This document shows, piece by piece, positions 1 to 12,800 of a DNA stretch of 64,000 nt. The position numbers and the translations under genes are program-made. A model generated the notes under the pieces. It was not told the origin of the DNA. It did not search any database and saw nothing but the letters and a program-made list of their open reading frames with translations. Source of the stretch: Ginglymostoma cirratum (taxonomy: Eukaryota); assembly GCA_024137785.1 (NCBI GenBank), contig JAHRHZ010000144.1:36420672-36484671 (forward strand), written 5' to 3'. Position 1 is the stretch's first letter; every line of letters starts with the position of its first letter.

Positions 1-823
1 CCGTGTTGCCCTTCTTCACTGAAATAGGATTGATCCCTGGATTCTTGATAATGCAGGAGTGAAGTCTGTGGCCTGTCATGAGGTTGCAGATTGCCGATGA
101 TTACAATATTGCTACCATTGACAGTGCACACTGCCTCAACGATGCCCAGTTTTAAGCTGCTAAATCTGTACTGAATCTATGTGTTTTAACGTGTTGGTAA
201 TGCTATGCAACACAAGCCCAGTCAGCAGTGGCAATGTCCTTCAGAGCTTGCTTAATCAGTCGTGAATCCAGCGTTTGCACTTGCAAGAGTGTAAACGTGC
301 AGGAGTATTGAGTTATTGGCCGTTGGTGGAAGCTGGTGCTTGTTAGGCGGAAATCAACAGGATCTTTCATTGATCATGTTTGGCCTGATGCTCTGAGAAC
401 TCATTGACACTAGAGTAGTGTTCAGGCTCTCCAAGTTGCTCCTTCCCAACTCGATACCATTGTTGAATATGTCCTGCTGAGATGATAGGTCATAGCCAGA
501 AATGGTGATACTTCAGCCTAGGGATGTGTCTGTATAGTTTGATTCGGTGAATATGACTGTGCCAAGCAGTAGGTAATTACTAACTTTAGCGTAAGTCCCC
601 AGATGGTAATGACAGGACTTCACATCGTCAAATGGGTAAAATGCAGCTTTATCATTTTTGTTGTTTTGTTTTAAAGAATTTCTCCCCCAGTTTGTACATG
701 TCGAATGGCAAAGGATTGAATTTCCCTGTTATGTATGTCTGTGTGATTTTAACTTCTTGTTTGGATATTTTAATTATAAAATCATTGTATCTTCAGCTTG
801 TTAACATTCTACTGGTTCTTTAG

Positions 824-895
824 TGCCAGAAGTTCCTAAGAAGCCCGTTCCTGAACCATTGAAACCAAAGAAAGAGGTGGCACCTCCCGAGAAAG
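824..895 (+). CDS. TTN: PEVK exon (PPAK type, 72 nt)
   Basis: tag|TGCCAGAA..GAAAG|gtatg; phase 1-1; VPEVPKKPVPEPLKPKKEVAPPEK. Confidence 0.9.
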
Positions 896-3800
896 GTATG
901 CATTTCTTTTTGTTGTTCCACATGTTGGAAATAGTTGTGTGAGGAGCTTGCATACAGTAGATGCAATGGACCTATTTAGCTTGGCATAGAAACCAATGAG
1001 TATGGGACATAAATTAAAAATAATTGGTAGGACAATTCTGATGAGGAAAGTTTATTTTTCACCTGAAGTTGTTTGGGTGCTGAACTTCCTTGTCTGAAAA
1101 GGTAGTAAACAGAAACCCAACTCATTGAAGTGGTGGCTGAGTATGCACCAAAAGTGCTGTAACCTGCAGAGCTACAGATCAAATTCTTTAAAGTGGGGTT
1201 AGACTGGCTGGCTCATTTATTGGCTGGCACAGACAATATGGGCCAAGTGAGCAATTTCCTCACTGTAAACTTTCAATGATGTCTTTGAATTCTAATAGGG
1301 TAGTATAATTATTGTTCATTGTTATACTATATCAAGTGTCATTTTATGGCATGTGGTAAGTAAATTCTTATACCTTACATTTCTAGGTCTGTTTCTGTGT
1401 TATGCTGCTACTAACATACGCTCTTATTGCTGGCTTTATTTTGTTTGAATTGTGTGCTGAAACATGTTCATTGCAGTTCAGTTCATAGTGAGATAAGCCT
1501 TCAAAGATGCTGCATTATTGAATACATGCAGTCTTGTTTGACAACAAATCTTGGTGCACACAATGAACTTATTTAATTCTTTTCAATAACATGTCATATT
1601 ATTATAACATTCCTAAATTATTACTTCTGCTGTGAGCCACTCAAGTAGTCTACAACATTTCAACACCAAACCAGGGAGAAGGTGGAATGCAACTGTCGTA
1701 AAAGAACCTGTTAAGTGTTTGTTTGTCTTAAGACAGCTCAATGTTAAAATTTACTTCTTTAATGCTAACTCATTTTTATGTATAAAAATATTCATCATTT
1801 GGTATGTTAACCATGTTGTGCATTTGTTCAATGTAAATTTCTTCTTGTGAAGATATTCTTTGTTCTTTACATTCTATAAAATAATTGTTTTTAAAAGTGC
1901 CTGAGATTCCTATGAAGCCAGTTCCTGAGGCTGAACCAGTAACTGTTCTAAGAAAAGTTGAGAAGCCTGCACCAGAAGAAGGTAAGATGAGGAAATAGCA
2001 CAATAGGGCAAAATACAGCTTGGGCAGGTGTGCAATCTGGACATAAATGAATTGGGCAGGGAAATAATTAACTGTCCAGTTTCATTTGTTGCTCCTGCCA
2101 AAGTTAAATTTCATCCCTATGTTTGAGACCAACATTTCTTGGGGGAAATGTTCTTTTACTCCTTCAAAGTTTCTTTATTTTTACTTATGGATGTTTGTAT
2201 TATCTTCTTTCATGTTTAATCACAGAAGTGTACATTGATATGTTATGTCTTTCAATTGTGATTGCTTTTTTGTTACTTTTTGAAGTATCATTTTGTCTCG
2301 TTGTGTCTCCTCTTATTTAAATTATCAAGTAAGTGGAAAATATAAGAATAATACAAAATATTTCTTATATGAAGCATGAGACTAAATGTAGAATTGTTTC
2401 CTTAGAATATAACAATTTTATTCTCATGTTTCTTTTTTATGACAATTCTAAAGGTAAACGGTGCTCATTAGGTGGAGAAATGTTTGTGCTATTGAATGGA
2501 ATGATTTCCATTTCAAGCATCCATACTTAGCATCAAGTATCAAGTTAAAACTCCACAAATGACATACATTAGTCATCAAACTTTAAACAAAAAAAACTGT
2601 GCTACACTAGTTATGTTAAAATTTCTCAAACTTGCTTTGTTCGCTCAAAGGTAAATTGCCCATGCCATGTAACTAAGTAGATTTCTGTGCTGTGGGCTCA
2701 TGCTCCATAAGAACTGAATTCAAACTATCCAACAAAATTTGGTATAGGACCTATATAACAACAGTAATTTTCCACTTATTCAATCTGGCTTCAGTTTGAA
2801 TCCTCGATTACAAATGTAAAGGGAAAATATCTAATTAATTATATCATTCAACTTTGTGAAATGTCCCTTTGGTAGTCATAGCATATTTCAAAGTAAAATA
2901 CTTAATCAGTTTAAATAATCTTCCGCCTGTACCTCATGTCATCTAGATTTTAACTGGTACAAAATAACGTAATTTTATGTTTATATGTTTACTGTCTTAT
3001 GTTTATGTGTCTTATGTTGTCTTTCTCATATTGAATACTTAACTTGTTTTAAAAATAATATTTGAAGTGCTTCACGTTGACAAGAGGACTCAACCTGCAC
3101 CTATTCCTGTTTCAAGAAAAGTCTTAATCACTCCAGAAAAGGACAGAAAAGGTACAGAACTAGCCAAGCATTTTGCTGTTTGAAAAAAAAGTGCAAGTAC
3201 AAATATTCAGTTCTCTACTGAACATTACCAGTGCTCAGCTGGTTCATCAGAATTCTTTTTATGTAATGTTGTGTCTTTTGTTTCAATGTCCATAATGTAA
3301 TTTAATAATGTACTGTTGTGGTGTCTTCAAATATTTGGTTTTTTTTGTTCTGTTTACAAGTCTTGGAGTCATTATAGCACAGAAGGATGCCACTTGTTTT
3401 TTGAATCCACTCTAAAGACCAAACTAGACCAACCCATACCTTCATTCTATCCAGGAAATCCTTAATTTTTTTTACATCAAGCCCAAATCCAATTTCATTT
3501 TCAAATCATTCATTGTCTTCACCTTATGGGCAGTGAGTTCTGGATCGTTACCATTTATTGTATAAGTGAGTTTTTTGTTACATCCTAGTTTCATCTCTCA
3601 CATAAAACCTTAGGTCTATGTTCCCTAAACCTTGTATGATCAGCCAGTGGGAACAACCTTGGTTTTTGTTGCCTAATCCATTCATTATCTTATAAGCCAC
3701 TATCAGATCTCTCCTAAACTTTATTCTATCAAGGAGAGCAATATCAGATCTCTCCTAAACTTTATTCTATCAAGGAGAGCAACCCCACTTCTCCACCTTA

Positions 3801-6800
3801 ACGTTGTAGCCAGATTTCCTCATCCCCAGATCTCTCAAAAAAGCATTGGGCCCCAACATGGACAATTTCACAACTTGCATGCCCTCTCCCCTCCCTCGCC
3901 AACTGTTTCTTCGTCAACTTGTCCTAATGCTGTGGACTGACTCCACTGATGGTTTCCTGCCACACACAATGCCTGCCTGTGCCAGCCGACCAGGTAGCTG
4001 TTTCAGCCTGGAGGCTGACAAGCTATATATAAATAATGCCTAGAAGCAAAAATCATTGGCTGGTTACATCTGTAACTATATTCATGTCCATTATGTCTAT
4101 CAGCATTAGTTCTAACTGTCAATGTTGTTTGTCTGTGGTGTTTTATGCTAGTAACTTCTGTATAGTCTAAAGCTGTATGTTATTGTTTAAGTCCCTGAGG
4201 TTATGAAAAGTTACATTTACGAAGAAATTACAGAAGTTCCTTATGAAGAAAAATCAAAAATTTCTTCTCTTAAAGGTATACTTTAAAAAAACCTTACCTT
4301 TGTTGACTGCTGTTCTTTTAGTTCTTATTGTGTTCCAGTGTCATGCTGGATCTTCTACTTAAATGACTTTAATACTTGTAGTTTTGTATCTTATGTCTTG
4401 CTCTGTCTGTTATTATGTTATTGAGGTGCTGTGTTTCAATACAGTTTCTTGACTTTTTGCACTTCTCATTAACTGAACTGAGTTATTCTGAGCAACAGCA
4501 AGCACGTTTAAGGCACCTTTAAGGTCTAAAATACTCCAAAGCATGTTTCAAATAGGAATTGGGAAAATAATAAATGAATCAGTTACAGAAGATTGGAAGG
4601 AATGAACAAAAAGCTGATTGAAGTGATGGGTTTTGAGGATTTTTTAATAGGAAGAAACAGAATATAAGAGGTGCATAGAGAGAATTCCGTATTAGTAGGA
4701 TTTGGGTGGCCATAGATTCTGATTCTGGTCAGCTGTGTGGAGGCAAAAGAAAATAGAGGATTTCGCTAGTTAGATAGGGACAATATAGAACTGAAAAGGA
4801 TTAAAGAAGTGGAGTGAAACCATAGAGAGCATTGAGCACAAACATGCTGGGGAATCAAACTTCTCAGAGTTCTCTTCATCTACTTACATTACTGTGAGGG
4901 CCTTTTTGGCTAAAACTTTATGATGTGTATGCACAAGATTTTGGCCTACGTTATAGTACAAAGTGGGAGAAAAAATTGAAGCAATTCACTGACTTATAGT
5001 TTAAATTCAATGGAGAATTTGTCAAAGCAGGATTTTGCAGTATAGTAGTGTGCAATTAACAGCCATAAAGGATGGAAGATGGGCGATCAGAAGGATATCC
5101 TTTGAGTCACCAAGTGCAGAGATCGCTAAAAGTTTACATAGGGATTTGTGCACCATTTAGTTGAAGGTGGAATTAGGCAGAGTTTGTAATTGGGAGGATA
5201 TGGATCTGAAATTTAACTTATGGCCAGTGGTATCAAGACTGAAATTAGTTTACATCTTTGTCAAACTTTTTTTTAACCAAGAGGTAGCCATTACAGTACA
5301 ATTATTTCCATTGATTTTCAGACAGTTGGTTGATCAAAACTATTTATTTAGCATTTTATCGACTAGAGATAATTTGTCCGCAGCTATGCAAAGTTTGTAC
5401 CTTACCATTAGAAAACAATTATTTACTTTTGACTATTTGGTTGGGAGCACAATATGTGAGGTCATAAAATACAAACAAACATGAGCTTTTATTTCTGTAG
5501 AATTGAAAAGTAGATAGATTCGCTAAACTTTCCTGGAATCTTGGTTAGATGTCCTTGGAGTCCTGTACTCAGTTCTAGTCTCTAAATTACTAAAATAATG
5601 CAGAATGCAAAAAACGAACAAGGATTGTGCCAGATCAGAGAGGTCGTACCTATCAGGAAAGGTTGCACAGGGCTAAACTTTTTTCCTAGAAAGAGAAAGT
5701 TGAGTGAGAACCCAACTTTACAATAAAACTTCATAACAATGAAGGGATTTAGTGGAATAGGTATAATGAAGATGTTTTCCACTTGTGAGGCAGCCAAAAC
5801 TAAAGGACATAAGTACGACATGGTCGTTGTTAAATCCCATAACGTACTCAACAAAAATGACTTCAGTTAGAGAAAATGCAGTTATACCACCTGGAATAGT
5901 TGAGACAAAAAAGGGGATTTTTAAAGGGGCAGCTAGATAAGTACCTGACGGACAAAGATATAGAAATATATGCAAATAGGATTCAATAAAGTAGGCTAGA
6001 TAGAATGTGAAGCATAAACACCAGCTGAATAGCTTGTTTCAGTGTTGTAACTTCTATCCAGTTTTACTACTTGGAAATTGCAGTGTTATTATAAAATTAA
6101 TGACTACATTTGCTTTTCCAGAAATAAATTTAATGTGACTTAATGAAAGTTTTAATAATGTCTTTAAAGTGCCTAAGGTTGCCAAGAAACGTGTGCCTGA
6201 AAAAGTTGTGCCAATCACATTTGCAGAAAGCAAGGAGGTTTCTCCGGTAAAAGGTACAGAAGTAGCAGTACCTTCATTTCTGTAATCTTCTCACAGCTAA
6301 TACTAATCGTAACCTTAATGTTTCCAAAGCTTCATCCAATAACAAGTAATATGTTATATTTTCACATTGTTATCCTTTTCATCATCAGCATCTTCTCTGT
6401 TCCTTGTTTTTTAATTGTCTTATGTGATTTGGTTTGGTGATTACCTTGTCTGGCTTTTGTTTTACATATTTAGTTTTATAACTGTGTTTGTAGTGATGTT
6501 ACTTTATCTTTTGCAGTAACATCTGTGTCATCTTAAACTCTTCAAATCTAATCTTCTGAAGTTTTGACCATTAACTAAAATACTAAAACTTTTTCTTCAA
6601 ACTCTGAAGCTTTCAAGAAGACTTTACATGAAGAAATTATTGAAGATGACAAGACTATTTCACATGATGAGATTGTTGAGCGTGATGAGGTGACATTATA
6701 CGAAGAAAAAATTGAATTTGAAGAGGAAGCTGTTGAGACTGATGAGCAAATTTTATATGAGTACAGTGTTGAGTTTGATGAGGCAGTCTTGCCTGAAGAA

Positions 6801-9800
6801 ACGTTTGAAGAGGACAATGTAATTTTACCCGAGGATATCGTTGAGGCAGATGAGATTTTGCATAAAGAAATTGTTGAAGCTGACAAGACAACTTTATATG
6901 AGCCAAGTATTGAAATCAGTGAAATGCCTTTACGTGAAGAAACTGCTCCATTTGACAAAATTATTTCACCTAAAAGAATCATTGAGGCTGAAAAGAAAAC
7001 TTTACGTGAAGAGATGATTAAAGTCACGCCTCCAGAAAAAGAGAAAACGATTACAGAGAAAGGTATAGGACTGATTTAATAGAAGAGAGTATTCTAAAAC
7101 AACTGCAGTATCTCAGCAGTTAGTGTAAATATTTATGAAACTTTGATTTTCTCACACCTTCTTTGGGAAACTCTGAGTTTAGTTATATCCTGATGTCTCT
7201 AATATTGACATCTAAATTTCAGATATTCTCCAGTTACACTGGCTCTATGCTTCCTTAGAGATAACAAGGTGTACAGCTGGATGAACCCAGCAGGCCAAGC
7301 AGCATCAGAGGAGCAGGAAGGATGACGTTCCAGGCCTAGACCCTTCTTCCTTGTCTGTTTTAATATCATGTTCTAATATTTATTTTGGAGTGTAAGCGTT
7401 TGTGAATTCAAACATTTTTAGAAATTCCTCACTAAACTTAAACTTTACAAAATCAACTAAATAAAAGATCACAGAGGCAATTGTTATTATTTACCACATT
7501 GTGTGAACATTATCTCCCACTAGGGACATGCCCCATTTATTGCAGTGTAGAGAATTAAACACTTATTTACAGGAACCAAGACTGGAGACTAATCAACTAA
7601 AATTATGCTAAGTAAAATCAAAGTATACTTAAAAAATCTTCTGCCCTACAGTGTCTACCTGGTAGGATATTCACTGATAGAGTTTTCTGGGCTCTTTTTC
7701 ATAGGCTACCCTTTCTCGTTATATTATCTTTATTATGATATACAGTTCTGTGCAATTTATATGGATTATGTTCCATTATATTGAACATTAATGCTTAAAA
7801 GTCCTTTTTAAACTTTTATTAACAAATTTAATGCATTGTGTTTACTATTCGTTGATTATCACTTTTGAGTATGTTTGATTGTGTGCTATTAATGTTGGCA
7901 GTGATTTAGGACACACACATTTAGATATATATCCACACTAAATATTTGAACCAAATTTTTTTTAAGTGACTACTTATGTTGAGAAGATTGAACCTAAAGG
8001 TGATGTTCTAGTCACTGCTCCAGTGAAACAAGATTTGGAAGCAGAGGAAGGTATACAAATGGGTGTCACTCATTGTCTTGTGTCACTGGTGCAAAATCCA
8101 TGAAGCATTCTACATTTTAACACCCTTCATTTTCATCACATCTTCTCATTTGCAGTTTGTCTTTCTTGCAATTCATTATTTCGTTGCTTTATTACATATG
8201 CTTGCTTTTGAATATATTTTGTTACTTTATTCATCTGTCCGTTTTTATAATTTTATTCCCTGAGTATATACTCTAATTAGTGAAGGAGAATTTATGATGA
8301 AAGGGAACTAGCTTAGCTACATATATGATTTAACAATAAAAAACGAAACTCAACCCTGATCTATCTAATTACTGTACATTATTACTGTTTTGAGGCTTTA
8401 GCGATTAATAATATTTAATGTGCCATCTAAATTTAATGTAAGCAATTCTTCCAATTTTAAATGTGTAATTCTCCTGCCCAATCTCTGTATATACCATCTG
8501 TTCTCAAGAACAAAACATAATCAATAATTTCACACTTCTAAGATTTCTATATAGAAGTGACAACCCTGAATGTTGCAAGAAAGTTTTTTCTCCCCTCTCA
8601 TTGATGACCTGTGTGGCCTTGCAAATTCAGCATCAGGTGAAAACAGAAAAGGAAATACGTTCAAAATTAGACTGGTGCTGAATTCTAATTGGTAATTCAT
8701 TGCACTAATACAGTAGTTACTGAACCATAGGACAATTACCTATGAATTTAAGATACTTTTCATATTGTGAAGGACAAGTTTCCATGTAATTATATATTCG
8801 GAGTTTTGGCTCTATTGCTAACAAAATTTTTGACATTCTTTTTAAAGTGCCTGAAGAGGAGGAAGTACCTGTCACTACAGTTCCCATTTCTGCACCAGGA
8901 CCGGTCAAGAAACCTGTAAAAGGTACATTTTATCAGCAGTTTGGATCTTTCTTTACAACTGTAAATGTGAAAATACTTAACTGTTTGTAGTAGTAGTAGC
9001 AGTAATATAGTAATGTACAGCTTAGGTTTTTTTAATGTTAAATGTAAGGTTATGCAGAATTCAAGTCCACAGGTTTGTAAATGTTGTGTACTGGTTGTAT
9101 CAAATTGTCTCTTCAGTCTATATAAAAAGTTACAATTGATGTATCTTGTCTGTTGTGATACTCTCTGTTAATGTGTATATTTGTAAATTTTGCTGTCTAT
9201 GGATATGTTTTACTGTGTCTTTTAATTTGGTGAACATTGCTGTAAATTTGGAGATTTTGACATTGGTTTTGTTAAATGTTCTTTTAGGGAATGACAAAAA
9301 AGTCTTTTTATTTGTCACTAAATTAAATATGAAACCTTTATAGCTGCAGAACAACCCAAGCCATCTTTGAAACTAAAAACTACAGTCAAAGTTCGAAAGG
9401 AAGTTGAAGATATTATAGAAATTCCAGTGCTGAAGAAAATTAGTAAGGTTTACGAGGATGAGAAAGATGAAGACAAGGGTATTGTATTAACGAAAGTTGA
9501 TACCTCCCTGAAAGAAGAGGAAGTCTTAGAGGTAAAACTTAGAAAATCGATGGAAGGTCCTGAGGAAACAGAAGCTGATGAAGGATATATATTGCCCAAG
9601 AAACCAGATGTAATATTAAAAGAGAAAGAAACAGAAAGAGAAATAGTATTACAGTTGGTTGATGAAATTCCTAAAATAGACAAAGGTAATGGGGAAAGTG
9701 TAACCTTAAAGAAACCAGTTAAAATTTCTGTTGAACAAGATGACATATACAAGGTGCGACCTGAAAAGGTTAGTAAAGTACGATCCAAGGAAATGGAGAA

Positions 9801-12800
9801 AGAGCCAGGTATACTAGTTAAGAAACCCGAGGACATCCACAAACGAGAGAAAGATGCAGAAAAGGTACAATTAAGGAAGCACGATACTGTCCCTAAAGAA
9901 GAAGCGTTGAAAGATAAAAGTATAATGTCAAAGAAATTGCCCACTCGTGAGGATGATATGAAAAAGAGAATAATTTTGGAAAAAGTTGGTGAAGTGCCTA
10001 AAACTGAAAAAGATAAAGGAAAGGTTATGCCTCTAACCGTAACAGAACCGGTTCCTGTGGAGGTAGGGCACAGAGAACAAATAACTGTAAAACGGGATGA
10101 AGTTCCTGGCATAGAGAAGGAGAAGGAGAAAATCCCTCCATTGGAAAAACCTATTAAAATCCCTAAGAAACGGGAAGACGAAGACAAACATCTTCCTAAA
10201 ATAGTTCATGAAAAGCCTAGGATTATACCATCTCCTGAAGAAGGAGCACCCGAAAGTATAGAAATTTATCCAATAGAGCAGGTACCCAGGGAAGCTGCTC
10301 CAGAAAAACCTGTATCAAAATTAGTGCCAAAGGTTATGGCAGAAGAGGTTACTGATGTTTCCAAAGTAATGCATGAAAAGAAAATGGTTCCCCCTAAAGA
10401 AAAACCTCATGGGACACCTTTAAAAACTGTTAAAGGGAAAGTTCCAGTTTCAAAAGACCAGGAAAAGACTTATGAGAAATTTGAAGAAAAAGAACCACAA
10501 AAAATTCACAAAGTACCTGAAAAGGATGTGGCAGTTTATAAGCAAAAACCACAAGTTGCCCCAACTAAAATTGATAAAGAGAAAGGATTAGCCACCCAAG
10601 AGCAAAAGCCAGTGAAGTTCGAAAAAATCCCCTCTAAAGAAATTCTACCAGATGAAAATGAATTGCAAAAAATACTGGAAGTTCCTGAAAAGCCATTGGT
10701 GATCCCTATTGAGAAAGTTGATGAAACACATCTTAAAATTGGAAAAAGAAAAGAGCCAGTTTTGGAAGAACAGAAGGATATTAAGGAGCTGAAGAAAGTC
10801 CCTTCAAAAGAAATTGTAGTGGAAGAAAAGCCACAGAAAATACCTGTAAAGAAAGCATTGACACCTCACGATACACCTGACACCACACAGCTTAAAGTTG
10901 GAAAGGGGAAAGTGCCAGTACCAGAAAAAAAAGATCAAGCGCAGGTGAAGAAGATTCCATCAAAAGAAATTGTAGTCGAAGAAAAACTACAAAAAATACC
11001 TGTAAAAAAAGTACTGACACCTCGGGATGTATCTGATACTGCACAGCTTAAAATTGGAAAGGGGAAAGTGCCTGTATCTGAAGAAGAAAAGGATCACGTA
11101 CAGCTTACGAAGATTCCTTCAAAAGAAATTGTGGTGGAAGAAAAGCCACAGAAACTACCTGTAAAGAAAATATTGACACCAAGAGATACACCTGAGACAG
11201 CGCATCTTAAATTTGGAAAGGGAAAGGTGCCAGTAGCAGAAGAAAAGGATCAAGTACAGCTTAAGAAGATCCCATCAAAAGAAGTTGCAGTGGAAGAGAA
11301 ACCTCAGAAAATACCTGTAAAGAAAGTGTTGACACCTAGAGATGTTGTGCATCTTAAAGCAGGCAAAGGGGTTATAGCAGTTGGTGAGAAAGAACATGAA
11401 ACGGTACAAGTGACAAAAGTTCCTTCTGAAAGCATCTCAACAGAAGAAGACTATGAAGTAGAATCAGAAGACATATCAATAGAAGAATTGAGAGACAAAG
11501 AAGACTGGGATTGGGAACTAACTGAAGAGGAGGAGGAATATGGCTCATCTGTTGATTGGGAGCATGAAGATGCCGAAGAGCTTGAGGGTGTAGTTGAGAC
11601 TCCTTCAAAGCCTTACAAACGACGAGGTGAGATGGCTGCTGCTCATCTACCAAACTGATTGTTCATATCTTGTGCTTTGAAAAATGGATCAGTGTTCTTT
11701 GTTCTGTATGTTCACTTTTGTCCATCACCTTTGTTTCTCCTGGCACTGCAGCTTATGTTTATGTGCATGATGTTCTGTAGTTGTCAAAAATGTTTGCTCT
11801 AAAATTCATATTTGTTGCTTGTGTTTGGTCCATGTCGTCCTATGCTTCCCAAGGGAAAATGTCTTAATTTACATTGTTTGCTATTAACAGCTCTTGGTGA
11901 ATTAAAATCATTTTTCATGATCATCATTGGAGGCAGATGCTTCAGTAAACCTTCCAAGTTGTCCGGTTTCACATCTTCTTCATTCAAAACTAATATTTTT
12001 TTTTTCATTTTAAATCTCCTCTGGCCGAATGAGTAAGCTTTAGTTTTTCCTATGTTAAATAAGTAGTACTGCCATTTTGATTTTTTTGTGTTCGTGTTAT
12101 AGAAATTTATATATAAATATATTTTCGCATTTAAATACAATACACTTTCTTCGCCTCATTGTTTTCACTCTTAGAATATTACAGATTCATTTTTACAAAT
12201 AGTAATTTGGAAGGATAGTCATGACATGCCGATAATTATGTTACTATCTCACTACAGATGCTAAGGTACCAACTGATGAAGCCGGCAAGGGTAGAGGCAT
12301 ACTGAGAGGTGAGAGGGAACATCAAGCACACAGTAACAACTATGAACAAATGCATGATTGCACACATATATACATATTGTACCACAGCCAGTAGTAAACA
12401 TGTAGATGCCAACACATGCAGTAGTATTCCTATGTACCACATCTACTTAGACAAACTAATAAATTATATTGCTGTTAAGATGATGCTATTTAAATTTCAT
12501 TCACACATTTCTTGACAATTCAATTATACACTATAGTACATTTCCATTATTTTAGCATATTTATTTGACATATCATTTGCGTGACCTCCTAATTACAGAA
12601 ATGCTTGACGGCTGCATAGACTTGATAGCAAACCCTTGATTGATTTTGCATTGCTTAATGTGCATGAACTGCCCTCTCTTTATAGCTTGCAGCTCTGTAA
12701 TGTAATCACTAACACTTGTACAATCCTTTCAGCTCAAACACAATTAATCAGTTTGTATACTGCTCACAAATACTTACTGCAACTGATTTTGGTAGACTGA

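Noticed and set aside
1-640. Possible coding or regulatory sequence at the window start
   Set aside because: There is no PEVK-like exon or long ORF. It looks like decayed interspersed repeat, but I cannot assign a family with confidence.
6575-7027. 150-aa Ser-rich antisense ORF
   Set aside because: It is the shadow of the Glu-rich exon.
9450-10187. 245-aa antisense ORF
   Set aside because: It is the Ser/Phe/Leu-rich mirror of the purine-rich K/E codons in the giant PEVK exon, with no independent gene signals.
10732-11370. Regularly spaced repeats as a CRISPR-like array
   Set aside because: These are in-frame coding repeats without unique spacers, in a vertebrate gene.
9367-11658. Stand-alone 763-aa gene or terminal exon
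   Set aside because: The ORF starts at TTG, is bounded by an in-phase acceptor and a strong gag|gtgaga donor, and has no clear AATAAA just downstream. An internal titin exon explains it better.
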